The position numbers and the translations under genes are program-made. From the NCBI GenBank assembly GCA_050246815.1, contig JBFWVI010000007.1, positions 7,996 to 71,995 on the forward strand: 64,000 bases of DNA, read 5' to 3'. Below the pieces are notes generated by a model. The model searched no databases, was not told the origin of the DNA, and saw nothing but the letters and a program-made list of their open reading frames with translations. The stretch's first letter is position 1. The number at the start of each line of letters is the position of its first letter. This DNA is from Bdellovibrionales bacterium (GTDB taxonomy: Bacteria; Bdellovibrionota; Bdellovibrionia; Bdellovibrionales; UBA1609). Below, in pieces: positions 37,692-46,676 of this stretch.

Positions 37692-38828
37692 ATGCTTAAA
37701 ACTTCAAAAGTTTTGGTTCTGGGTGTTTTAGTCGCGATGATCGGGATGGGCTGCGAACCCAAAGACGAAAACGTCAAGCGCCAAACCCGTAGCCCCTTTG
37801 CCCAAGCTAAAATTGAGCGGGCCAACATCAGTGGCCTCGATTATCTGCAGTACACCGCCTACCGTTTGGCGGAAGTGCAGCGTTTAGCTGAGCTTGTCGT
37901 GCAAAATCCGGCTCCCTTGATTGTCCAGGACAATTCACCTGCCTGCGGACGCTTGGTGATCGACAAAACCGAAGGGTTGCGTCGCATGATGCGTCTAAAA
38001 ACTCAAAATTGCCCGGTGGCGGCGGTCAAAGAAGAAAAATTACAGCTGGCTGCGGATGGCGAAGAAGTTTTGGATGTGCAGCTGAACAGTCAAGGCCAAG
38101 TGACCAGAGTGTTGTCGAGCACCGTCGGGCCGTACGTGGTCAGCGGAGAAATTCGCGCCGGCGAAATGGATGACAGCAAACTCAATACCTTTGAGCGTCG
38201 CGAGATGTCGCTGGATTTGATCGAAGGTAGCCGCTACCGTTTTGCATACGCGGTTGAAATGAGTTGGCGGCAGGAATTGGTCAGTCCAAGCTTTAAAGCC
38301 TATGAAGATGGAGGTCGTAACCACATCAATTTAACTGGCGAGTTCGTGATGACGAATGGTCGCCTGCAGTCGCTGACTTTGGATCTGGCCCGCATCAATG
38401 TGTCATCGCCGCGTGAAATCACTGAGCGCAAACGCAGAGCCAACAGCCTGACGCCAGGCAAAACATTTCACAATGTGAACTTACTGCTAACCGCTCAGCC
38501 TGGTGCCGACAAAGGCACCGTCGTACCGATGAGCTTTGGCACAGCCGGTTGTGGTTTGCCGCAAGGCAAATTGCGGGTGCTGACTTTTAAAACCACAATG
38601 AGCAACGACAATCTGACCTTTAAGCAAGAAAAAGACGTGGAGTTCACTCCGCTTGGCATTCATGTGCCCGCTGTTGGCAAAAGTCAGGCTTGGCTGGATT
38701 GCGCACCCGCCGTTCAAATTCCGTTGCCTGGCGGAACCGTCGGCGGATGGCCGGCAAAACCCGCACCGACCTTTTTGCCAAGCGAATTGGGCAACCGTAA
38801 CCCGTACTTGGCGCTCTTCTTTAAGTAG
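37692..38828 (+). CDS. Hypothetical lipoprotein
   Basis: A GGTGGAGG RBS is present, and the lipobox is MIGMGC. Confidence 0.68.
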   Translation: MLKTSKVLVLGVLVAMIGMGCEPKDENVKRQTRSPFAQAKIERANISGLDYLQYTAYRLAEVQRLAELVVQNPAPLIVQDNSPACGRLVIDKTEGLRRMMRLKTQNCPVAAVKEEKLQLAADGEEVLDVQLNSQGQVTRVLSSTVGPYVVSGEIRAGEMDDSKLNTFERREMSLDLIEGSRYRFAYAVEMSWRQELVSPSFKAYEDGGRNHINLTGEFVMTNGRLQSLTLDLARINVSSPREITERKRRANSLTPGKTFHNVNLLLTAQPGADKGTVVPMSFGTAGCGLPQGKLRVLTFKTTMSNDNLTFKQEKDVEFTPLGIHVPAVGKSQAWLDCAPAVQIPLPGGTVGGWPAKPAPTFLPSELGNRNPYLALFFK

Positions 38829-38830
38829 GT

Positions 38831-39057
38831 TTAGGTAGGTTCGATGATCAAGGATCTTCCGTCAGGATCCTTGATTTTAAAATAGTGGGAATTGTTGGCT
38901 TCAACACGTCTTCGTCAAATTTGCGAATTTCGGGTAAGCGTTTAGTGTGGAAGATGATGGAGTTGAGTTTCATAGGTGATTTTACTATCGAGTAGAAAGT
39001 TTCCGACCAGTGAAAAATGCGGTCTAAAGACAATTTATAGCATTTGATCTCCATCAA
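38831..39057 (-). pseudogene. Remnant of a VOC/glyoxalase-family gene (internal deletion plus frame change)
   Basis: One frame encodes MKLNSIIFHTKRLPEIRKFDEDVL, which looks like a VOC N-terminus. The adjacent frame encodes VEANNSHYFKIKDPDGRSLIIEPT followed by a stop, which looks like a VOC C-terminus. The roughly 70 aa normally between them is missing. Confidence 0.4.
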
Positions 39058-39185
39058 AATGAATCTCAGCCTCGTTTTTCACTGGCTGGAAACCTCATGA
39101 ATTGGGTGAGAAATCGGAGGCTGTGACTGGAGATCCAAGGCGGTCGACATCTCTCCGCCTCGGCGCTTGGCTCGTTAGTAGGCTC

Positions 39186-40289
39186 TTAGTTTTCTGCTTT
39201 TTTGGTTTCGATCACTTCGCGTAGCACGATCTCACCCAAGAGGGGGTAGTGATCACTTACGCCGACCGGCTTATTTTCATCAAAGCGGGCGGGGGTCATG
39301 TAGCGTGAAGTTTGATAGCGGCCTTCTTTGAAGACATGAATGGACTTGGGGTCCACCTGCCACCTGCTGGTGCCGCCAGGCCCCATATTGGGTGAAAAAA
39401 GCAAGGCATCCAAGAACGACCACGAACCACGGTAGTTATGGGTTCCAGCGCAATCGCCGCAGCCAATGTAATGAGAGACCAACCATTTTTGTTGCAGGCG
39501 ACTGCGGTACAGATTGGTGCGTGCGTCTTCTTCGGCAGAAATATTAAAGTCACCCCCGGCGATGGCAAGTTCAGTCGCGGGCAACTTGGCCTGCAAAGCG
39601 TTTAAGAAATCAATGGCCTGTTCGCGCCAGTAGGTTGGATTGTGCTGGGAAGGAAAATGCACGCCGAAAACATTGATGATCTCGCCGGTGGGAAGCTTAA
39701 AGGCAGAGTGCAAGATGTTGCGTGAGCGCGCCATCCACTCTTTGTCCTCAGGGGTTTTTGGTTGGAAGGCAATTGGATGCAGTTGAGCGGGGCGGGCCTG
39801 AGGAAATCGTGACAGCATACCTACGTCGATACCACGCAAATCGGGGCCTTCGATCAGAACCACAGATTGATATTTTGCTGCGGCCAACTTTTTGTTCAGC
39901 ATTTGCAGCGCATTCATATTTTCGACTTCGTCCAAGATTAAAATGTCGGGGCCGCGGCCGTTATTAACTGACAAAATGACATCGGCCAAACGCTCGAGCT
40001 TGCGATCCAAGATGCTTTCGTTCCAATCGGTGTCCAGGCACTCCTGCTGGCGGAACCCCTTTAGTTTTGAGCAGTTTAGGCGGTGCTGAGGAGTACCTTT
40101 GATCGCGCGGGGTAAAAATGTGTAGTCTTCGCGATCGGCGTCTTGTTTGGTGTCGAATAGATTTTCGACGTTGTAGGTCATAAAGGTCAGGGAGTGGGCC
40201 GATTTTGGCGGGCGCGGAGCAACCGAAACGCAGGAAACAATAAGGAACGAAAAAATCACCCATAAAAAGCCCTGTGCCAATTTAGTCAT
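39186..40289 (-). CDS. Secreted endonuclease/exonuclease/phosphatase-family lipoprotein
   Basis: The lipobox is LIVSC. Motifs are LTFMTYNVENLFD, ILILDEVEN, GDFNI and SDHYPL. Confidence 0.85.
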   Translation of the reverse strand: MTKLAQGFLWVIFSFLIVSCVSVAPRPPKSAHSLTFMTYNVENLFDTKQDADREDYTFLPRAIKGTPQHRLNCSKLKGFRQQECLDTDWNESILDRKLERLADVILSVNNGRGPDILILDEVENMNALQMLNKKLAAAKYQSVVLIEGPDLRGIDVGMLSRFPQARPAQLHPIAFQPKTPEDKEWMARSRNILHSAFKLPTGEIINVFGVHFPSQHNPTYWREQAIDFLNALQAKLPATELAIAGGDFNISAEEDARTNLYRSRLQQKWLVSHYIGCGDCAGTHNYRGSWSFLDALLFSPNMGPGGTSRWQVDPKSIHVFKEGRYQTSRYMTPARFDENKPVGVSDHYPLLGEIVLREVIETKKAEN

Positions 40290-40451
40290 GCGAATCCCCC
40301 CGTGCAAGCCAGTCTAGCCGCTAGAATCCGAATGTCGAGTGTCAGGAAATGATTATTTCCCGCATCACAAAATTGGCTCATGGGGCCAAAAGCTTTTCCC
40401 TTGCAAGGCCATTTAAATCATGAAAACAATCGCCACCAGGGTGGGGATCCA

Positions 40452-41429
40452 ATGACAAAATTCATGGGTTTTTTGACGTTAAGCCGCTTTATATTGGCCT
40501 TGGCATGTGCGTTAGCTATGGCCAGTGCGTATGCACAAGAAGAGGGTCTTATCGATGGCTCGACAAGCTCGGCCACAGCTGAGCCCCCGCCCATCGCGGG
40601 GGCTTGGGCCGGTTCAGCTGCCGCAAATGTGCTGTTGGAAGACGGGGCCTTTATTCCCAGCCGCCGCTCGCCTTGGGGCGTATCTTGGTTCAACTGGGCC
40701 AATGTGAACATGAAAAATTACCGCGAGGGTTCTGGTCGGCTTGAGACATACAATTATTTAAGTATGGACTACCGCTTGAACTGGGAGAGCAAGGTTTCGA
40801 TTCGTCCCGAGTTCTATGTTTCTGGTGCGGGCAAAGACTTTTTTGGCGACGATGTCGAAGGTGAAACTGAAATGGGCGATATCTATGCCCAGTACACCCA
40901 TAATTCTTGGGCTCTGTTACCGGGCGACATCGGTTTAAGTGGTTCTGCCCGGATCTATTATCCAAACAATAAGTTCGTCAAACAACAGCGTCAGATCACT
41001 CGCTTACAGGCCCGATTGATTTTTCAGCGCCCATTGGGTGCCGGGGTGTGGGTCAGCTATCACTTTCGACCAATGTACCTTGTGCAGCGCCAGCAGGCCT
41101 ACTTGAATGACTATTTTAATGCGAAGGCCAACGAACATTATCGCCTTGAACAGTGGCTTGAATTCACCAAACCCATATCGCGCAATGTGGCGGTATCACA
41201 GCAGTTTGGCGTGGAGCATCGTCGTTACTACGATTCTCCCGCCAACAATATTGAAGCACGCACGGATGGTTTTGTATCGATGAGCACTTCAGTCGGCTGG
41301 TTCTTAAACGGAGTCAGCTTTCGTGGTGGTTTGAGCTATGAGTCCAAGATCGCACGTCCGGATCGCGATTCGCAAATCTACAATGAAGCTGAGACAAAAT
41401 ATTTTCTGATGACCAATGTGCGGCTTTAA
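40452..41429 (+). CDS. Putative outer-membrane beta-barrel protein
   Basis: The signal peptide ends in ASAYA. The mature part shows alternating aromatic/polar strand-like segments. Confidence 0.55.
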   Translation: MTKFMGFLTLSRFILALACALAMASAYAQEEGLIDGSTSSATAEPPPIAGAWAGSAAANVLLEDGAFIPSRRSPWGVSWFNWANVNMKNYREGSGRLETYNYLSMDYRLNWESKVSIRPEFYVSGAGKDFFGDDVEGETEMGDIYAQYTHNSWALLPGDIGLSGSARIYYPNNKFVKQQRQITRLQARLIFQRPLGAGVWVSYHFRPMYLVQRQQAYLNDYFNAKANEHYRLEQWLEFTKPISRNVAVSQQFGVEHRRYYDSPANNIEARTDGFVSMSTSVGWFLNGVSFRGGLSYESKIARPDRDSQIYNEAETKYFLMTNVRL

Positions 41430-42576
41430 TATCCGACTTTTTGCCGTTCTAGGTTTATTACTCACATTTTTGAGCGTAGCCGCCGCTGAAGAATCGGACG
41501 TGCCCGCAGAACCCAAAATCGTAGTCGAGTTGGGTGGCGGTCAGGTTCGCATTCAAACCCAGGGATTGGAGCTGAGCGCAGAAACCATGGAGCGCCTGCA
41601 AACAGAATTGCTGGTGGATGAGGCTCTAAGTTCAGTGGTGATGAATGAAGAGTCGACTCAAGTCACCTTGGTCGGCGGAGATATTCAGAAGCTGAAGGCG
41701 ATCTTGACCCACCAGGCCTTCCAAACGGCGGGTAAAATTCAAAGTCTGGTGGCTGCTCAGCTTGGGCATGGTCAACTGGTGCCACCGTCGCCACAAATGG
41801 TGGATCGCGATCTTTACATTCATGAAAACGTGACGATTGCACCTGCCGAGGCCCGTGAAGAGCTGGTGGTAATCGGAGGCGATGTTTTTGTTCAAGGAAC
41901 TGTGGAAGAGCTGGTCGTTTTAGGTGGCAATGTCCATGTTTTTGAGGGCGGCCGCATTTTGGGTGAGGTTGTGGTGCTTGGCGGGCAATTGAGTGTGGCC
42001 CCAGGCGGGCAGGTGCCCCTGCAGCAGACCGTATTGTCGAGCTGGGACATTGGGCCATGGTTGAAACGCAGTCTTTGGGATTGGTGGGGCAGTGGATGGA
42101 GTTTGTTGTTGTCCACACTGTTTGGTTGGCTCTGGTCCTGGCTGGTTGTTTATACGCTTGAACTCAAATCAAAAAAGTTCTTACCAGCCGCTCAAGCCTA
42201 TTGGGCGCAACATAAGTTGGCGGCGTTGGCTTGGGGGCTTGCTTTAAGCTTTGCGCTCTTGCCGGCGGTATTGCTGCTGGCAGTAAGTGTGGTCGGAATT
42301 TTATTGCTGCCGGCACTTCTCACCTTAATTTTTATTTGGTTCGGTGTGGCCTACGCCCTTTTGTTAAAATTTATTAGCGACGCCATTCGTATTGCGAAGG
42401 GGTGGCCTTTGCCAGGACGGCTGTTGTTGGCCCAAATGATTTGGCTGGGGCTGGGGTTTATTCCATTTGCCGGAAGCCTGGTGCGTTTTGGACTGTGGTT
42501 GACCGTGATGGGAGTCGTGGCCAGCGCGCTGACGCCGCTTCGCTTGACCCCCACGGCAGTTAAGTCTACCAATTAA
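41416..42576 (+). CDS. Membrane protein with a bactofilin-like beta-helical repeat region and a polytopic C-terminus
   Basis: It overlaps the upstream gene by 14 nt and has a signal peptide. The repeat region is LVVIGGDVFVQGTVEELVVLGGNVHVFEGGRILGEVVVLGGQLSV, followed by about five TM helices. Confidence 0.62.
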   Translation: MCGFNIRLFAVLGLLLTFLSVAAAEESDVPAEPKIVVELGGGQVRIQTQGLELSAETMERLQTELLVDEALSSVVMNEESTQVTLVGGDIQKLKAILTHQAFQTAGKIQSLVAAQLGHGQLVPPSPQMVDRDLYIHENVTIAPAEAREELVVIGGDVFVQGTVEELVVLGGNVHVFEGGRILGEVVVLGGQLSVAPGGQVPLQQTVLSSWDIGPWLKRSLWDWWGSGWSLLLSTLFGWLWSWLVVYTLELKSKKFLPAAQAYWAQHKLAALAWGLALSFALLPAVLLLAVSVVGILLLPALLTLIFIWFGVAYALLLKFISDAIRIAKGWPLPGRLLLAQMIWLGLGFIPFAGSLVRFGLWLTVMGVVASALTPLRLTPTAVKSTN

Positions 42577-42578
42577 GT

Positions 42579-44258
42579 ATGAGCACGCCGAATTTTTATC
42601 AACTGCCGCCGTTTTTGACCAATCAATTCACTTCGGATGCATGGCTACAGCAGTTCTTGCGCTGGCGCCTGCCGGCGCGTCTGTGGAATTCGGTGGCCCA
42701 CGATTTAGAAAAGTTTGGCCAAAAAGTCGCAGGCGAAATGTTGGATTGGGCTTGGCAGGCTGAGCAACAAAAGCCAGAACTTATCAAGTATGATGCTTGG
42801 GGCAAACGCATCGATTTAGTCAAAGTGTCGGAAGCTTGGCCGAAGATGGGTGATGTGGCGGCACAAGAGGGCGTGGTGGCGATCGGCTATGAACGCGCAC
42901 AAGAAGAATTTTCGCGTCTTTATCAGCTGGCGAAACTATATTTGTACCACCCCTCAAGTGCCCTGTTTAGTTGCCCCTTGGCTATGACCGATGGGGCGGC
43001 TCGGATTTTAGAAATCTTAGGCAATCCGGCTATGAAAGAGCGCGCCTATCGCAATTTGACTTCGCGTGATCCCAAGCGTTTTTGGACTTCGGGCCAATGG
43101 ATGACCGAAAAAACAGGTGGTTCGGATGTTAGCGAAACCAGCACTATTGCCAGAGCCCATGGCCCCAATTTTCAACTTTATGGCACCAAGTGGTTCACGT
43201 CCTCGGTCACCTCTGAGATGGCATTGGCTTTGGCGAGAATTGAAGGGCATGGCCGGGGCTTAAGTTTATTTTATGTCGAAACTCGCCGTGGCGATGGTCA
43301 ATTGAACAACATCGAAGTGCTGCGCTTAAAGGATAAACTGGGAACTCGCGCATTGCCGACTGCCGAGTTGGAATTGCAGGGCGCGGAGGCCACGTTACTG
43401 GGTGAGCCCGGACAAGGTGTTAAAAATATCGCCACCATGCTGAACGTAACGCGTCTTTACAATTCAGTCTGCTCGATTTCACAGATGCGGCGGGGATTGG
43501 CGTTATGGCATGACTATGCGGGCAAACGCGTGGTGTTTGGCCAACGCATGAGACAGCAACCTTTGTTTATCGAAACCTACGCCAATCATTTAAGCCATCA
43601 AGTCGCAGGTTTGGTGTTGACCTTTTCGACGGCGGAACTGCTTGGCAAAGATGAGTGCAATGTGGCCAGCGATGCCGAGAAGGCCTTGCTGCGCTTGCTG
43701 ACTCCCTTGTCCAAGATGTTCACTGGCAAACACGCGGTCTGGACCATGAGCGAAGTAATCGAGGGATTTGGCGGGGCCGGCTATGTCGAAGACACTCGTT
43801 TGCCCGTGATGTTGCGTGATGCTCACGTCTTTCCGATCTGGGAGGGGCCGACCAACGTTTTAAGTTTGGATCTTTTACGTGTCTTGAATAAGGGCGACGT
43901 TTGGGCGGCCTTTGATAAGGAAATCCGCTCAAGCCTGGCCGGTGACATGGATTCGGCTTTGATGCCAGCTGCCGAGCGGGCGCGACAAAAATTGGGCGAC
44001 TTAGAAGAATTCTTTGGTCTAATGACCTCGGCCAATCCGGAAAATTGGCAAACCGTGGCGCGTGATTTGGCTTTTGCCATGTGTGAGCTTTATGCCGGAG
44101 CCAAAATGTTGGAGTGGTCGGGTTGGGCCGGTAAAAATTCTCCTGCAGGCTTTCAGGCCGCCTTGCGTGAAATCGCATGGCGATGGTGGCAGCGACCAAT
44201 GACACAGGTGCGTTCACGCACATCTCAAGAGCTGACCTCCGCGCAGGCCATACTTTAG
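42579..44258 (+). CDS. Acyl-CoA dehydrogenase family protein (AidB-like)
   Basis: Motifs GQWMTEKTGGSDVSET, FTSS and VIEGFGGAGYVEDT. Its 559-aa length is typical of the AidB type. Confidence 0.86.
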   Translation: MSTPNFYQLPPFLTNQFTSDAWLQQFLRWRLPARLWNSVAHDLEKFGQKVAGEMLDWAWQAEQQKPELIKYDAWGKRIDLVKVSEAWPKMGDVAAQEGVVAIGYERAQEEFSRLYQLAKLYLYHPSSALFSCPLAMTDGAARILEILGNPAMKERAYRNLTSRDPKRFWTSGQWMTEKTGGSDVSETSTIARAHGPNFQLYGTKWFTSSVTSEMALALARIEGHGRGLSLFYVETRRGDGQLNNIEVLRLKDKLGTRALPTAELELQGAEATLLGEPGQGVKNIATMLNVTRLYNSVCSISQMRRGLALWHDYAGKRVVFGQRMRQQPLFIETYANHLSHQVAGLVLTFSTAELLGKDECNVASDAEKALLRLLTPLSKMFTGKHAVWTMSEVIEGFGGAGYVEDTRLPVMLRDAHVFPIWEGPTNVLSLDLLRVLNKGDVWAAFDKEIRSSLAGDMDSALMPAAERARQKLGDLEEFFGLMTSANPENWQTVARDLAFAMCELYAGAKMLEWSGWAGKNSPAGFQAALREIAWRWWQRPMTQVRSRTSQELTSAQAIL

Positions 44259-44305
44259 AGCCCATCTTGCTCCATTGAGGATTTCAACAGAGCAAGATGG
44301 GCTCT
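44257..44305. terminator. Perfect 16-bp hairpin overlapping the stop codon of the 42579-44258 gene
   Basis: AGAGCCCATCTTGCTC (44257-44272) pairs with GAGCAAGATGGGCTCT (44290-44305), with a 17-nt loop and no T-run. Confidence 0.45.
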
Positions 44306-44376
44306 AAGTACTCGATTGAAGTCACCATTCGAGCGACAAGAGTTTGTCGCGACCTCGTCAACTTCTTGGCCAGACC

Positions 44377-44580
44377 CTAGTGCATTTTGTGATCTTTGAC
44401 ACGGGCAAGGACATCGCAATGAGAGCAGTGGGCTTCTTCGCGTAAAGTGTAATTTTCAAGATAGGATTCGACGCGGATTTCAAGCTGCTGGCCGCAAAGC
44501 GGGCACTGGTTTTGTCGTTCCATAAAGGCAAGGTGGCGTTGGTCAAGGCTTCGACCAAGAGTAGGGTTTTTTTCGTCCAT
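44377..44580 (-). CDS. Small zinc-ribbon hypothetical protein
   Basis: 67 aa counted from the internal ATG. It carries CPLCGQ...(24 aa)...CSHCD. Confidence 0.5.
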   Translation of the reverse strand: MDEKNPTLGRSLDQRHLAFMERQNQCPLCGQQLEIRVESYLENYTLREEAHCSHCDVLARVKDHKMH

Positions 44581-44724
44581 GAAAAGACCTCGACGTTGGC
44601 AGTGAATCAAGTGTTGTCCACACCACTTCAATGCAAGATCGGTGCAACAGTCCAAGGCCTGGTCTGGTCTAGAGTTGGTTCGAAGTGATGGCGTCCGGGT
44701 GTGGGGCCGAAGCAAAATAATAGA

Positions 44725-45699
44725 ATGCAGTGGAACTTTCGACGCAAGCCGGTTTTGGGCCTGCTGTTTATCTTGTTTTGCCTTTGGTGTTGGCAGGTTT
44801 ACTGGTGGCGCCACCAGGCAGTGCAAATCACGCATTTTCAGATGAAGAGCTTTTTTCATCTGATCAGTGTGGCAGAGCGTTTAGAGTGGGGTGCAATTTG
44901 CAACGGTCTTCAAGACTACACTTGTGCCGCCGAGGTCTTTGGCGCGTTGCTCGCGAAACAGCCAAAACATCGTTTGGCACTGAGCAACTATGCAATCGCC
45001 GAAGCGCAAAGGCATCAATGTCACTCCGCCCTGAAGCTGTTTGACCGCTATCGTGCTGGTGGTCCCGAAGGGCCGGAGACCTTGTATTGGCGGGGCCGTT
45101 GCTTGATGCAGCAGAAGCGGTGGGACGAAGCCCGTGCGACCTTGTATTTATCTGCCACACTAAGCCCCGATGCCACCCAGGCGCCTGAAGCTTTGGTGGA
45201 TTTGCTTTTTCAACAGAACCTCAACGAAGAGGCCTTTAGTGTGGTGGCTGCTTTGACCGGCGGGCGCCCCAGCCGCAGCCCGCGCTGGCGAGCCAAATTT
45301 GCTGACATGGTGGTGCGACATCGAGTTCAGGCCACTGAAATTGACGGTGACACGCAAAGGGTGCGACGGGCATTAAGGCTGCCCTGTTTGGATGGTCATA
45401 ACTTTTGGATGCCGGTGCAATTTGCCGCCGAAGCTTCGCCTGAGTTTGTTACGATTGATCCAGAGCAACCCACGGTAAGTTTGAATCAAGAGCAATTGAT
45501 GCCCCGCCAGCCAGCCCAACAAGGCGGCGAGACAAAATTGCTTTCAGCGCTACAAATCGGACCCTGGATATTTCGCGATGTACATTATGAAATATGTGAG
45601 AACTGCAATTCCGTCGTCGGCCGCTCACTACTTGAAAATTTTGAAGTCAGCGAAGACATGGAAGCGAGTGTACGCTTTTTGATTTTGACGCCTCTTTAG
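44725..45699 (+). CDS. Membrane-anchored TPR-like hypothetical protein
   Basis: It starts at ATG 44725, has an N-terminal TM helix (LGLLFILFCLWCW), and contains helical repeat-like sequence. Confidence 0.58.
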   Translation: MQWNFRRKPVLGLLFILFCLWCWQVYWWRHQAVQITHFQMKSFFHLISVAERLEWGAICNGLQDYTCAAEVFGALLAKQPKHRLALSNYAIAEAQRHQCHSALKLFDRYRAGGPEGPETLYWRGRCLMQQKRWDEARATLYLSATLSPDATQAPEALVDLLFQQNLNEEAFSVVAALTGGRPSRSPRWRAKFADMVVRHRVQATEIDGDTQRVRRALRLPCLDGHNFWMPVQFAAEASPEFVTIDPEQPTVSLNQEQLMPRQPAQQGGETKLLSALQIGPWIFRDVHYEICENCNSVVGRSLLENFEVSEDMEASVRFLILTPL

Positions 45700-45720
45700 C
45701 TCTGATTGCGGCTAATCAAA

Positions 45721-45752
45721 AAAAAGACCAGCCTTCAAAGCTGGTCTTTTTG
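45721..45752. terminator. Bidirectional rho-independent terminator (rpsD and the convergent gene)
   Basis: A5, then GACCAGC (45726-45732), a loop, GCTGGTC (45740-45746), then T5. Confidence 0.78.
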
Positions 45753-45774
45753 AGATTCATTTCAAGTACTAAAA

Positions 45775-46404
45775 CTAGGCCTTGCGAGCGGCGTAGTATT
45801 CTGTGAACAAACCGGAGTCGAATTGGAAGGGCACATGTTCGGTCCCCGGAACAGCGTGAACCACGCCAATGTCTTGGCCGTTTTCAGTGTCTTTACGCAA
45901 GTAATCCGGAACTTCCAAACGTGGTGATTTCGCAGCTTGCAATACCACTTGGTTTTCACGGCCCTTGTCGCTCAAGCCGATTTTCGAACCTTGAGTCACC
46001 ACAAACGAACCCAGATCCACTTTTTGACCGTTCACGCGGACGTGGCCGTGGCTAACCAATTGGCGAGCCGAGCGGATGCTGGGAGCAAATCCTAAGCGGA
46101 AGATCACGTTGTCCAAACGGCACTCAAGCAGACCCACCAGTTTATGAACCCAGTTTGAAGCACTGCCACGTTTCGCATCACGGATGAAACGACGCAGTTG
46201 TTTTTCGCGCAGGCCGTAGTGGGCGCGCAGCTTTTGCTTCTCTTCTAAACGAAGCGCGTAGTCCGAGTATTTACGGCGTTTGTTGCCGTTTTCACCTGGG
46301 GGATAGGGGCGGCGTTCTAGCGCGCCGGGCTTACCAAGACCCGGAAGCTCGGTTCCGACTCGGCGTTGAATTTTGAAACGGGCAACTTTTCCTGCTCTCG
46401 CCAT
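45775..46404 (-). CDS. rpsD: 30S ribosomal protein S4
   Basis: Motifs MARAGKVARFKIQRRVGTELPGLG, YALRLEEKQKLRAHYGLREKQ and LDNVIFRLGFAPSIRSARQLVSHGHVRVNG. Confidence 0.93.
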   Translation of the reverse strand: MARAGKVARFKIQRRVGTELPGLGKPGALERRPYPPGENGNKRRKYSDYALRLEEKQKLRAHYGLREKQLRRFIRDAKRGSASNWVHKLVGLLECRLDNVIFRLGFAPSIRSARQLVSHGHVRVNGQKVDLGSFVVTQGSKIGLSDKGRENQVVLQAAKSPRLEVPDYLRKDTENGQDIGVVHAVPGTEHVPFQFDSGLFTEYYAARKA

Positions 46405-46676
46405 CTTAAGCGTCCTCTTTATGCTCGACTTTATATATGCCAAAAAGAAAGAGAACGTATACCCGCTCACCCTCTAAACTTCAAATCCTTTTATGCACCA
46501 AGGCGAGACGCTCCTCATCCTTGGGACGTCCTAAAAGGGGGCGGCTTCGTCAATGAACGAGACGTTTTATGATAAATTATTGAAAAAACTGACTTATTTT
46601 GAGTCATCCGGGCCTAATTGTGGGGTTTTCAACACCTACCACAGGTACAATAGGGGTAGAGAACAAGGTGGTACGT

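Noticed and set aside
43720-44265. 181-aa minus-strand ORF.
   Set aside because: It is antisense to the AidB-like dehydrogenase gene.
44581-44859. The N-terminal 93 aa of the long version of ORF 44377-44859.
   Set aside because: The extension is Pro/Arg/Leu-rich and would run across the start region of the divergent 44725 gene. The internal ATG at 44580 yields a compact zinc-ribbon protein.
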